From Camelus ferus (Eukaryota), in the NCBI RefSeq assembly GCF_009834535.1, contig NC_045696.1, positions 10,108,001 to 10,172,000 on the forward strand: a stretch of 64,000 bases of DNA. Direction: 5' to 3'. Positions 24,546-37,393 of the stretch are shown in pieces. The first letter of the stretch is position 1. Each line of letters begins with the position of its first letter. The translations under genes were made by a program, and so were the position numbers. A model generated the notes under the pieces. That model searched no databases. It saw only the letters and a program-made list of their open reading frames with translations, and was not told the DNA's origin.

Positions 24546-26040
24546 AAGGCTCTCACTATTGTTCCTCCTGTGAACCAAGCTCATTTTTGCCTTAGGACCT
24601 GTTGCTTTTGCCTGGTGGTCTTCTCCCCTCACATGGCTCTCATCCCTAAGCCAGCTCAAAAGCTATCTCCTCAGAGAAGTCTCCCATAAACCCCTGTCCT
24701 GTCAGTCTCTCTCACATTATGCTGTTTTATGGAATTACCATTTGTTTGCTTCCCCCAATTTAACAAGCAGCCCCACTGCAGCAGGAGCCATGATGTCTTT
24801 CTTGCTGCCACCATCTTCCCAGCAGCCAGGACACAGCTGGGGCTTAAAAATATTGAAAAGAAGAATTATGCTGTCTGCAAATTCACCGCAGGAAGAAGGG
24901 ATGAGGCACTCATAGAATGTCCTGCAATACAGCTGGGGACCCGTAGGAAAGTCACAGGATCACTGCGCCCCATTTTCCTCTTCTTAACAAAATGATTGTT
25001 CAACCCCTACCCAGTCTTAATTCCATGGGGTGTTAACATTTGCATTAACCGTGGAAGAGGGATGACACCCCACGCCACTCTGATGCCTGTGGAACAATGA
25101 AAGTGGGAGAGGGAATGCGGTAAGAAAATCAAGAATCTTTAGGAAAACTCTGAGTTTGGAGAGGCTCTACTTCCCTTTCAGAAATACGGTCTTGAGCAAA
25201 CTGTTCAACTTCTTGGAATCTCAGTTCACTCGTTTATGTAACAGGGCCAATAACATCTGCACACTTTTAGGGTTCCTGTTGTGACCAAATAAAATACTTT
25301 ATGTGAAGGCCTACCACAGGGCTAGGAAATCTATGGTCAGATAATGTCTAATATTAATTAGAAGATGACAACAGTAATAAAGTGTGTTCTCAAGTTATCA
25401 AGTCGCCAGAAGACGCGTAAGAAAAATATTAGCTTGGGCTGAGCTGAGAGGCTGGAACTAGATTTAATAGCAAAGGCCAGATCTGTGAGTAAACGTGGGC
25501 AAAGTGGGTTTTTTTGGACCATGTACTTTAACTTTTCTCATTTTCTGCTATTCCCTCATGATTAATCCTCTTGAAAATAGTTAACTGAGAATGCTGATGC
25601 GACAAGAACGAGGGGAGGGAAGGCAGCAGAGAAGCCAAGGGGAAGAGCCAAGGCAGGAGAGCAGCTCAGAAATCCCGGCTTTCCTTAGAGGCGGTGGCGG
25701 GTGACTCAATGACTGTACAACCCTCTGGCAGGGAGGCCACCACGTCCTGAAAATAAATCGGCAATATTCCTAGAGCTGAAATTCCTACAGCAGAACGGAA
25801 TAAGAGAAGACATATTAAATGTCAGAGGAAGAATTACTGACACCTGGGTTTGAGGGGAAACGAGGAAATGGGATGCCCGTGGTTATCTGACCCCTTCTCC
25901 ACTCCGAGGTTTCCTCTTGCAGCCCTGGAGGGGAGGCCAAAAGAGAACCAAACACATTTTAGCTGTTTTGGGTCCCAACCAAACGTTGGCTACAGGGACT
26001 TTCAGAGATTCAGAGCAACGTCCACTTTTAAACAAGCTGG

Positions 26041-26213
26041 TTAAGGGCATAGCTCAGTAGCAGAGCAAGCTTAGTAGGCTTGAGGTCCTGGGTTTGATTC
26101 CCAGGACCTCCATTCAAAAAATAAATAATAAAATAAAATAAAACGTAATTACTGCACCCCCACCGAAAAAAAAAAAGTGAACTAGAAATTAAACTACCTT
26201 TAAAGAAAAAAAT
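26041..26213 (+). mobile_element. tRNA-Ala-derived SINE (Vic-1-like), copy 5
   Basis: tagctcagtagcagagc...ggtttgattccc; TSD aaa(c/g)aagctgg. Confidence 0.88.
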
Positions 26214-27320
26214 AAAGAAGCTGGCATAAGGGCCGGGTGCTGTGAACAGGCAATAGACTAGGGGAAGAGGGGTCCTGGGCCCTTGGAGCCGACTGCACTG
26301 TTCACTACCGCTCTTCCTAGCCTTTGCTCACACCTGACTTTTTGAATTTTTCCTTCTTCTCTTGGGTCACTATCCTATTTGCCTCACCCCAAATCTGTAA
26401 CTTTCCCCTTAAAATAACCAGACTTGCAGCTAAACAATGCATGTTTTAACTCTATTAAGTAAAAACGTGCCATTTATTTATCTCAGCTTATCCTTCCTTG
26501 TAGCAGAGACAACCTGAACGACTACCGACTGCCCCTCCCCAATCTCCTTCACTGTATCACTTGTCATCAGATACACTGGGATGAAGAGAGGGAGAGAAAC
26601 TCTATCCACAATTTTTGTGTTTTGTTTAAACAGTCTAGGAACTTTCCCATGAATCAGATGTTAGATCTGATTACCATGATCTCTAAATCAACCTAAATAA
26701 TTAAAGTCTAGGGTAAGAATAGAGAAGAAATCAGAACTGTTGGTGATCTTAGTCAACTAATTACTATTCAATTTTTAAGAAAAAAGATCTGACTAAAAGA
26801 CAGCTTTTTATAGAATTATTTTTTAAATTGGGATGATAATGTTTACTTTTTTCCCCGTGGTATTTTGTTCTAAGAAAGCACTTACTGTGGCCAATTGCCT
26901 CCATACCATGAATAGAATACATATCTCTAGACACCATTAACCAAAGGAGATATTTATGCACAAGGAAACACAAAGATATCTTGGAAACAGAAAACCAAAA
27001 GGAAGTATGTGTCAATGTGAAGAGACAAGAATCCCAGAAGAGCAAGAAGAGACAGAAGACATAACCGTACATTCAAGCTTGTTTCTGCTTCCCTGACCAT
27101 CTGCACCTTGGCTTTTGTTTTCATTACTCTCACTCCAGGGTTAGACTGTGAACACACTTCTCTTCTGGCACTATCGTTTTTGCACAGGGCCATCATTTTT
27201 CAGACAGAACTACCTCCTAGAATTTCACAACGCTACAAATTAAAAGGGGGGGGAAAAGGGGAAATATTTATCTTAAAAATATACAATGAAATACAGGAAC
27301 TGATCCCATTTCAGACTTAC

Positions 27321-27481
27321 CAAACGCTGGTGCACTAGAAATAGCAACTGGTTGCTGTTTCATGACAGGGGGAAGCGTACTGGGGAGCTGATAGCCTTGC
27401 AGCTTCAGTTTGATGAGTTTCATAGCTATGGAGAACTCCACTTGATCCATCCTCCCATCATTGTTCATATCAGCTAGCGCC
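27321..27481 (-). CDS. ITSN1: ITSN1 exon 5 (161 nt), [53 protein letters not shown] (EH1 EF-hand)
   Basis: Acceptor ttgcag, donor gtaagt; ORF 27268..27492. Confidence 0.97.
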
Positions 27482-28739
27482 CTGCAAGCCAACAGTTTAT
27501 GCTTAGAATGACTGTGACCCTAAAAGAACCTTCCGCAAACCACCACTCCCACCCACACAAAAACTAAACAGCTCCCTTGATCCCACGGAGAACAAAACAA
27601 AGCAAAAACAAAACTTGTTTACCAAGCTGTAGGGGAAAATGGATCAGGTTTTATATAAATGTGAAATACTTTTTATTGTGTTACTCTTTACTTAGATGAC
27701 ACACAAGGTAATTTTCAGTCTCCGTTTCAGGATATATATACTATGGACATTAAACAGGGTTTCCTTTTGGAGTGATGAAAATCTTCTAAACTGGACAGCG
27801 GTGGTGGTTGCACTACTCTGAACAGACTAAAAACCAATGAATATACCCTTTACGTGACAATAAAGCTATTAAGGGAGAAAAGTATTTAGAAACAGTTTAT
27901 TTCAGGACACTTGACTAGACTGCATCAGCACCTCTTTGGGGTCCTACAAACCTCACTATGGGGACATGACTTGCTATGCTATGCTATAATACTATCATCC
28001 TTTTAAAACTGGGAAAATTAATTAAATGAGCTTACAAATGCGCTTAACTATTTGAAAGTGGTGCTCAAACATAAACGGTCAAATGCAACTTCCAATGAGC
28101 TATTCGTGAAGTATTTCTCTCAAAGAAGAGTAAGCAGAAGGAAAAAAGGGGTTTGTAGTTGCAACCAGAAACTACATTTTGCAAACCAAAACTGTGTATA
28201 TTCATGATTTAACCTCTTTGGCACACATTAAAAAAGGTCATTTAGATCTGTTGAAGTCTAGATATTAAAGGTGTGAGGATTTATTTTACAAACCTATCTT
28301 AAAAAAACGTTCATTTGGAATATCAAAAGTTAAGACTAGCTGGAATTAACATGCCATGATTAGCCATTCTTTAAAGGAGCCACATCCAGAAAATATCAAA
28401 ACAAACAAACAAAAAAAAGGAAAATTAAGTGACACAGAGGATAACCCTATGTCACTGGAGTTAAAGAAAGAGAACATGAGTCACAATAAAAAGCGTGATA
28501 ATACAACAAAGAGTAAAAATCACTAAAACTGGGAAGAATTGTAAAAGTCAACACTATTCTTCAGGAAAAATGTAAAAGGTCATAAAGTCATTAAAGGGAA
28601 ACCCAAGGCTAGGGGAACCCCCTTCTGCCTCAGGGAGGAGCGCCACAGGCCTTTTGGGGTCCATGACCCCCTTCAGCAAACCACAGCAGTGGAATCTGAA
28701 TTTCACTCACTGCTAGCGGCCTTGAGCATCGCTTGCCAT

Positions 28740-30230
28740 GTTTCTTGGACATCTGGATTGGTACTTCCACGAACTGCTCATTCACGTTCTTTGCCAACTT
28801 TTCTGGTGGATTGCATATCTTTTCCTTGTCAGTTTAAAAGAGCTCACTGTATATTACATATCAACTGTCAGTTGTTGACTTTCTAAAACTTTGTCCATCT
28901 TGTGTATCGTATCTTTACCGTACTGAAATTCTACATTTTTATATATATAAAATATTCCTTTCATCATATAGCTTTATTTTCTAAGGTTGTATTATTTTAT
29001 TATATTTCAATCTTGAAACCAACTGTAACTGCATGCATTTGTGTAGAGTGTATCCCAATGGATACCTAGCTTTCTCAGCAATACTTATTAATTAATCCAT
29101 CCTCTTCCCACTGAAGTAAAAAATATTTTTACGGTTTATGAAATGTTCATATGAAATGAGACCTATTTCTGGATTATCTACTCTGAGTGAACAAGTCCCA
29201 GGTCAATGTGACAATAATCTGATTGCACTAGACTGTATGGCATGTTCTAGTATCTAACAAGCCTTTTTTTTTTTTTTTAACTTTGGCTATTCACAGATAT
29301 TTCTTCTTCCCTATGAACATTAAGATCATTTATCTATTCTGCAAACAACTCTATTGAAATCGAAGATGAAACTGCATTAGATACATTAATTTTTAGAGAA
29401 CTGACATATTTATGATAGTTTGTCCAAAGAAAATAGTATGTTCAGTTCTACTAATATTTCCTTTAATAAGATTATTTCACTTCCTTCATACAAGTATTTA
29501 CATTTCTTGTTAAACGTATTATTAGGAATTTTATCCTTCTTGTCGCTCTTTTACTTACAGCATTCCCCCCACTTCCATATTCAGGTGTTTATTTCAAGCA
29601 CAGAGAAAAATTTTGCTTTATTAATCATTTCTGTTGGCTGTACTCAGCTATCTTACCAAACTTCTATGAATCTTACACAATCTCATAACTAGACAAACAG
29701 AGAGTTAACTTTCATTTCCAGTATTTACACCATTCCTTTTTTATTGGTCTTATTGCCTCTAAGACATCCCTGAATCAGTGAGCATCCCCGCTTACTTTTG
29801 AGTTTAAACAAAATGGCCATAGTGTTTCATTATTTAGAATAATATTTGGTACTGATTTTTAGAAAGTAATTTGACATATTTAAGCAGTTCCCTTTTCTAC
29901 TTATTAGAAATGGTTACTGTATTTTTTACCAAATGCCTAATCAGCATGTGCTGATCTGACCACACATTTTCTTTTTCCTTTTCTCTGCTGATATAATAAT
30001 GTTGTGAGAATTTCTTGATTCTGAACCAATCTTGCACCCCTGGCATACGCTCAAGTTGGTCATAGTTTTCATACATTGTGAAATTCTATTTGCTAAGCAT
30101 TTGCTTCAATTTTCCGTGTCTATGATCTTAATTGAGACTGGTCTCTGGTTGCTTTATTTTTGCAGTATCTTTCAGGTTTTATAAAGGAAGTTAAATAAAT
30201 AAAATGAAATGGTGAGCTTTCTTTCTTTTA
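28740..30230 (-). mobile_element. Ancient L1 (L1ME-like) ORF2 remnants, antisense
   Basis: gaaccaatcttgcacccctggcata and attctatttgcta motifs; T-rich. Confidence 0.65.
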
Positions 30231-31049
30231 TTAAATATTTTTTAAAAGATATTCAGCTGTTTCAAATGGTTTTCCTGGATAAAAGTTCCCCAAAATCAGC
30301 ATCGACAGGCATACTTAAAAAAAAAATCAGGTAGATAAGATTCCTACTCCTTATTCCCCACACCACTGCCCCCAAAACATGCTTTCTGGAGAGAAACGGA
30401 AATATCCAGTGTGGGATAGCGAGTGGGTTAGGGGAGACAAGACTTCCTAGTACTGGCTTAATTAGAAGAAGCCTCAATGGAAGAAGAAACATGTAATGCT
30501 CAGGTTCTAAATACCTACCACAATCCCAAAACTTTTTTGAGAATTTTGTGTAATCGTTTTTAAAAAGTTCTTTTTCTCAACTAACAAAACTTAACTGTTG
30601 GGACTCCTTGGTAGTAAAAATGCAAAGTCTTTTTGGAAATAGAGTCATTACTCCTGCAAAGTTCAGCTCTCCTCCCTGCCGCCTCCCAATACACTGGAAT
30701 CAAGTTAGAATTCTTTCTGTTTCTCAAGACTTCTTTGCAAAAATGATTTCAGCTCTGTGAGCCACTTCATCTCCTATTTATAGTTATTTCTCAGTTTACT
30801 CATTTCTCATAATCACCCCAAAAAACTAAGAGTCTGAGAAATTAAATTTACAAAACTTCTAAAGTTATAAAAACAGGATGATAAAAAGTGTTTCTAATAA
30901 AAAATAAGTCGAATGATTGCTATTTATGACTCTTGAAAACAAACAAATCTTAACTACAATGTTTAGTCTATTATTAAAATCTGTACATAACAACAGGCTT
31001 GGCTGAGATGAGAAAAGGACCACAAGCATGCTGAGTTCTAAGGGTAAGG

Positions 31050-32220
31050 TTTTTGCTTGACTTGTACAAATAAACCACATACCACTCTTATATACTGTCA
31101 GTGGGAAAAGTGCTTCAACTCCAAATGGAGTAAAATCTGGCAACATCTACAGAACTATATATGCATTTACTCTCTGACACAGCAATTCAACCCTAGAAAT
31201 TTACCCTGAAGCTGTATCTCCAACAATACAAAAATACATATACTTTAACTCACTTTGCTGCATTATTTGTAATTGCAAAGTATTAGAAATAATCTAGAGC
31301 TTCAAGGTGGCAGAGTAAAAGGCCACAGAGCTCAGCCTCTCCCACAAATACATCAAAAATGCATCTACATGTAAAACAATTCTCACAGAATACCTACTGA
31401 ACTTTAGAAGACTATCCCATACAATTGAAACTACAAGGAAAACCCTCACAAACCCAGATAAACAAGTTTCTGCTATGTATTTAGCACAAAGGAACTTCAT
31501 TCAGTATTTTGTAGTAACCTATAATGAAAAAGAATATAAAAATATGTATATGTATGACTGAAACATTATGCTGTCTGTACACCAGAAATTGACACAACAT
31601 TGTAAACTGACTATACTTCAATTAAATAAATAAATATTAGTTAGTTAATTATTTCAAAAAGAAACAACCCAGATGCAGACAACACAGGAGACTGGTTGAA
31701 TAAACTATGGTATATCTTCCACAGTAAGTATTATATAACTGTAAAAAGAAAATGAGAAAGATCTCTATGGAATGATATGAGTGATCTCCAGGACATGTTG
31801 TTAAGTAAGAAAAGCAAAGAACAAAAGAAGGAGGTTACCTGCAAAGGAAGAAGGAAAGAGGAAATAATTTAAATATAAATTCGTATACATAATGTATTAC
31901 GGACATGCTTTTTTCCCACAAAAACAAAGAAAGGATAATAGAAATTAATAAAACAAGTAAGAATGAGATGAAAGGATAGGAGAGGCCGTGACCCTTCTCT
32001 GAGTTTACATTTTTGTGCAGTTTGGCTTTGGGAACCTTGTTAATGTGTTATGCAGTCAAAAAATGAAATTCAGTCCACAAAGATGAGAGATCCCCCAACT
32101 GAATAAAAACAGAAATAAATAAAAGTAACAGTATTTTAAATAAGTAACATGTTCACATAGGAGGAAGGGAGGAAAAAAACTAATGCGAGCAACTTCTGAA
32201 CACAGTACTTCGTATATCCT
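31050..32220 (+). mobile_element. Old L1M 3' region, interrupted by a younger insertion at 31299-31659
   Basis: gacacagcaattcaaccctagaaatttaccctg...ggttgaataaactatggtata motifs continue across the insertion. Confidence 0.7.
31299..31659 (+). mobile_element. Internally deleted or spliced L1 derivative: L1 5'UTR start (about 160 nt) fused to L1 3'UTR end (about 200 nt)
   Basis: Starts gcttcaaggtggcagagt (like the L1 5' end CAAGATGGCG); ends ctatacttcaattaaataaataa; TSD 31285-31298 and 31660-31673 (11/14). Confidence 0.7.
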
Positions 32221-32479
32221 CCATCTACAAACAAAACAACTGTCAGTGACCTGGAACGCCCCGAATGGGTTTGGTGTTGGTGGTAGGGCTGAGTGAAGCA
32301 ATTCTGCAACTATTCTGTTTATCACAGGGTTTGGGGGAGGCGGGAGACCAGCCCCTTCTTGCTCCATCTCATTCACTGCACCAGAGCTGTAGCCGACAGG
32401 TGCCTTTAGGGGCCCACCTCATCCACAAGGCTCATCACAGGCTGCTCATCTCTCTCACTGGGCAGATTAACCAGGTCTA

Positions 32480-33510
32480 ATCACTCAATCATCTGTTTGT
32501 TTATTCCTCCAACAATATTTTTTTGGGGGTAGGTGTAATTAGGTTTATTGAGTTTATATTTTTAACAGAGGTACTGGGGATTGAACCCAGGACCTCATGC
32601 AAGCTAGGCATGCACTCAACCACCGAGCTACACCCTCCCGGCAACAAATATTCTTTGAACAGGGGCACCTACTAAGGTCTCGGCGCTATCTAGCAACTGC
32701 GCTTACAACCAAGAAAAAAGACAGGCAAGGTTCCTGCCCTCAGAGAGCTTGTTTCAGTGGCAGCAGACGCTCAACAAGAAAACTAACTATTCAGATTATC
32801 CCACATGACGATAAATGCTATTAAGAAATAAAACAAGGACATGGGAAAGCAGACATGTTGGGTAGGAGCAGGTGGCAGAGGGAACTACTCTAGACCAGGG
32901 GTCAAGAAGCACTTCTCTGGGGAGACGACACATGAAATGAAACCTGGAGGGCAATCAGCCAGATAGGTGAGGCTCCAGAAGAGCTGCATTACAGAAAGAG
33001 GAAATGCCAACTGTGATGCCCCTGAGGCAAAAGAAGTCCATTTAAAGAACAGAAAGAAGCTCAGTGAAACCAGAGTGCAAAAATTGAGGAAGGGAGTGGT
33101 ACAAAATGAGAAAAGAAGGAAAAAGCAAGAGCCCAGATCATATTGGTCCTTACAGCCTTGGTAATGACTCTGGGTTTTCTTTTCAATAGAGGGTTTTAAA
33201 CAGATTTAGTTTTAAAAAAAATTGCTTGGTGCTGCTTGGAGAATGGAATCCAAAGGCGCAGGTGTGGAAGAGCAACTCTGGTCAGGACGCTCCAAGAGTG
33301 GACACAGGTGAGAGATGACAATTCAGGATGGTAGCAAAGGAGACAGAACGAAATGGCCAGGTTGGGGATACAGTCTGTAAATGGAGTCAAAAGGATACGC
33401 TGATGGATCTGTTGTGTAGCGTAAGGAGAGGCACCAGGCATGGCTCCCAGTAGCTGGACAGATGGTCAGTGTCATGAACAGAGATGCTGAAGACTCTGGA
33501 ATGTACAGGG
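32480..33510 (-). mobile_element. L2 LINE fragment
   Basis: ggttcctgccctcagagagctt and gagagatgacaattcaggatgg L2 antisense motifs. Confidence 0.7.
32518..32640 (-). mobile_element. tRNA-Ala-derived SINE (Vic-1-like), copy 6, inserted in an L2 3' end
   Basis: gaggtactggggattgaacccagg...ccaccgagctacaccctccc; TSD caaca(a)atatt. Confidence 0.9.
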
Positions 33511-34571
33511 TGTTTTGGGTTTTGGTTTTTTTTTTTTTTTTTTTTTTTGGTAAATGACTTTGGCAAATTGATCTTGCTGGAGGCTGAAGGCCCTTCTGAC
33601 ATATACTCAGAAGTATCCTAAGATAGAATCCTAAGGCGTCGTACAGGTGTTTGCCCTGCCCCCTTGCCCCATCCTTGAACCAGGTCACCAAGCTGTTCTA
33701 ATTTTTCCCCCACATCTCTGGATCTTGTCCTTTCCCCTCTGCTTTCTTCTTCTCCCTCTCCACACTGTGCCAAGGCTGGAACAACGTTAAGCATGTAAGT
33801 TGCCAAAAGGATATAGAATATTGGCAAGTTTCCGTCCAGCTCCTTATTATTAAGACAATTTCTAGGAAGATGTATTGTCTTTGGCCACTGTTACAATTTG
33901 GCACTATATACACTGACTTGAATCCGTCCTCTGAGGGAGAATTCAGGTTTTCCTGTGTTCTTAATTAGAAACTGGATTGAAGAGATAAGTAGCCCCAAAG
34001 TATTAATAAGTTACAATTTAAAAGTTCATAAATTAGTTGAAACTGAAATATAGTTTCTACATGGAACAAAGTTATAAAGGTTTCTGACAGACACTCCCCA
34101 GCAGTCCACATCACTCATGTATTTGAAAAAAGGTCCAGAGCAAAGAAAGTAAGGTCCAGAGACAGAGGGAAACTAGAAACAGTTCCCAGTTCTCAATCCA
34201 GTATTTTCTTCTTCCCCAGATGACTGACACAGGGACTGCCTAAAATAAAACTTTAGACTCAAACCCAATCCTCTCTCTACCAAAAGGGGTATGGGCCTTT
34301 CCTGTGACCCAACTAGAAAAACCACAGGAGAACACAAGATGAGCGCAAGAGGGAGAAAAAAATGATTTCATTAGGTCAGCTGTTATTTATAAGTTTAAAA
34401 ACCTAAGTTTGAAGAGGTGAAGTACTGCCCAGGCTTATAAAGTGAACAAGCATCAGAGCTAGTGCTGAACGACGGATCTCACTCGTGCTCTGCCCTGCAC
34501 CATTCCGGCACCTTAGCGGGACATCTGTGGTTCATGAAACTCAAAACTGCTTTCCTGAGATATTTCTACGT

Positions 34572-34735
34572 ACTTACTATATAGCACAGGGAACGATATT
34601 CCATTTCTTGTAATAACATATAATGGAAAAGAATCTGAAAATATACATATACATGTATAACTGAATCACTTTGCTGTATACCTGAAACTAATGTAAATCA
34701 ACTATACTTCAATAAAATATAAAATTAAAAAAAAA
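34572..34735 (+). mobile_element. Lineage L1 3' end
   Basis: tatagcacagggaac...ctgaatcactttgctgtatacctgaaact...ctatacttcaataaaa. Confidence 0.88.
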
Positions 34736-34788
34736 TTTATTTTGGGAAAAGATACTTAGAGGTGTGTTTTTCCCCCATAGCAATTCTT

Positions 34789-34966
34789 CTTTTTTTTTTT
34801 TTTAATTAAAGTACAGTCAATTACAATGTGTCGACTTCTGGTGTACAGCACAATGTCCTGCATATACATACATATATTTATTTTCATATTTTTCAATAAA
34901 GGTTATTACAAGATATTGAACATAGTTCCCTGTGCTATACAGAAGAAACTTTTTAAAAAATCTCTA
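34789..34966 (-). mobile_element. Lineage L1 3' end with perfect 12-bp TSD
   Basis: TSD atagcaattctt at 34777-34788 and 34967-34978; poly-T followed by the reverse-complement L1 tail. Confidence 0.9.
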
Positions 34967-36063
34967 ATAGCAATTCTTGATGAAAAGTAAAATACGCCAT
35001 CACAAATTTATTTGACAAAATGTCAGAGAAAAATTGAAGACAAAGAAAATTTTGGATTCAACCTAAGTCTGCCAACTCATTATCTTCACTGTTAATAAAA
35101 ATTTTCCCTATGAAAAGAATAAGTCTGCAAAAATGACTTGGTATACACTGGTTTAAAAAAAAAACCAGTTTGGAAAACTAACAGCTGTCTTAATTGAAAA
35201 AAAGTGAAGTTTCCTAAATAATATTTTATTTTTCTCCAATATACTCATTAACATGTAACAATTTTTATGCTATTATTGACCACCTCCTTCCACTGGATTG
35301 CAATTTCTATGAAAGCACACATTTTCTCTATTTTGTTCACAGCTGTATTCCCAGCACCTGCAACAGTCATTGCCCCATAGAAGACATGTAATAAATATTT
35401 TTCCACTGTTGCATGAATAAATGTAAAGTAAGATGTCCTTGCAGCAGAGTATTCATTATAAGACTGCTTCCTGAATGAACCTTCACAGATTGGAAATACA
35501 GTATAAAAGCAGAATTCAGTGGATGAAGTTAAGTCTGGGAAAGGAAGTTCTAATGAGTGATCTTGACTCACTAGATAGTGTGAAACACATACCAGGACAC
35601 AAAGCAAAAGAGGTTTAACACAGACATCACAAGTCTCTTGCATTGAGACTCATGCACTGAACCAACAGGTCAGTGCCCTTGTGTGCACATACGCATGAGT
35701 GTTCTCTTTCTCCCTCTCTCTCTGCATTTTACTTTATTTTTAAAAATAATTCCAAAAAAAAGCTGGTTATCTCATTTTTCTAGTTCAAAGTAGATCAGAA
35801 GTTAATACCAGAAGGGCAACACAGTTGAGACTGTCTGGCAGCCAATGTGCTGACAACCAGGAAAAAGAAAATAAAGCAGATACCAAAAAAAGCACAGGAA
35901 TCTGGTAGGATTTAATTTCAATTCAAATATGCCCACACATAAATAATACATAATTCCCTATGAAAGTTTTGCTATTTCAGAACATACTTAATGATTTTCA
36001 CACTGATGACACTTATAATCAAGATTAGATTACATTCTGTAGACTCTGCTTAAAGGCAACAAG

Positions 36064-36346
36064 GAGGGGAGGGTATAAGTCAAGTGGTAGAGCGCATGTT
36101 TAGCATGCATGAGGTCCTGGGTTCAATCCCCAGTACCTCCTCTAAAAATAAATAAGTAAACCTAATTACCTTATTCCCCTCCCCCCACAAATTAAAGAAT
36201 ACACATGATTGATCTACTACTTTATAGTACAGGGAACTGTATTCAACTTCTTGTAAAAAGATATAATGGAAAAGAATCTGAAAAGAAAAAAATATGTATG
36301 GATGGATATGTTTAAAAAATTAAAAAATTAAAGAATTAAAAAAATT
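36064..36346 (+). mobile_element. tRNA-Ala-derived SINE (Vic-1-like), copy 7, carrying an L1 3'UTR segment before its final A-tail
   Basis: SINE head 36064-36140; L1-like segment about 36210-36310; TSD taaaggcaacaag / ttaaggtaacaag. Confidence 0.85.
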
Positions 36347-37393
36347 TTAAGGTAACAAGAACTATATTAGTCTTTATTAATTTCCATAAAATTAAAAAAT
36401 TTAAAAGTTGATGATTTAAGGGGACAACCAATTAGTTGGATAATTTAGTTATGTGGAATCCCCAGTCCCTGATGATGATATCAGCTACCTTTTGAGGGTT
36501 TTGTTTTGAGGACCTATCATGTGCCAGGGCCTACACTAAGTCCTTTATATACTGTTTCTCTGCTAATCCACTCAATAACCCTGTAAGGAAATATTTTAAG
36601 TCTTCCCATTTTCTAGATTAGAAAACTGAGGTGGGAGGGTAAATACATGTTCCAAATCATAAAGATAGAAAGTCATACAGTTGGGACTCAAACTACAAAT
36701 CATGTGCTCTTTCAACTACGGCAAGTTGCCTCCCCAACACTAATAAGCCCAGGAAATGAAGTATTAACTGTTAGAACTATACATCGTGGAAAACTGTGGC
36801 TTCTTGGCAAAACAATTCAGCACAGCTTCCCAAAGTCGTAAACCTAGAACCCAAAACTGTATCTACCACTCTTCTCCACTTACTCTTTTTCTTTCCTGTG
36901 ATTTCCAAAGACTGAATGCTAATTTGTGCTAGTTAATCAAGGAATTCAACAATATTTATTATGCATTTACCTTGTATAATGTTGTAATAAAAACCGGTTA
37001 TTTCACTATTAACCCTCAAATATTTTCTTTACTTTCTTTTTAATGAAAGATACAGAACCATCACATTATAAAGCAAGAAATGTGGGACATTCAGATGAGT
37101 ATGGGTGATGTGGATGAAGCCAAAAGAAACTGGTGGGAAAAAATCAAAATGTAGATTTCTCAACTGGAAATTCAAATTTATGACAGTGCTAGCTTCCTTG
37201 CACGTGTCACCACTTTTTTCTTTTTTAAGTTCCATTATCAGAAAGATACTTTTCAGAAGTATTTCTCTGGTAAGAAGTAGTGGAGTATTTAAGACTAGAG
37301 ATATATGTTCTCCTACTGTAGCTTAAGAAATTGAAATTAGATATAACTGGACAATTTTATTTTACCTTCTGCTTGTATGAAGTCCCAACTTAC

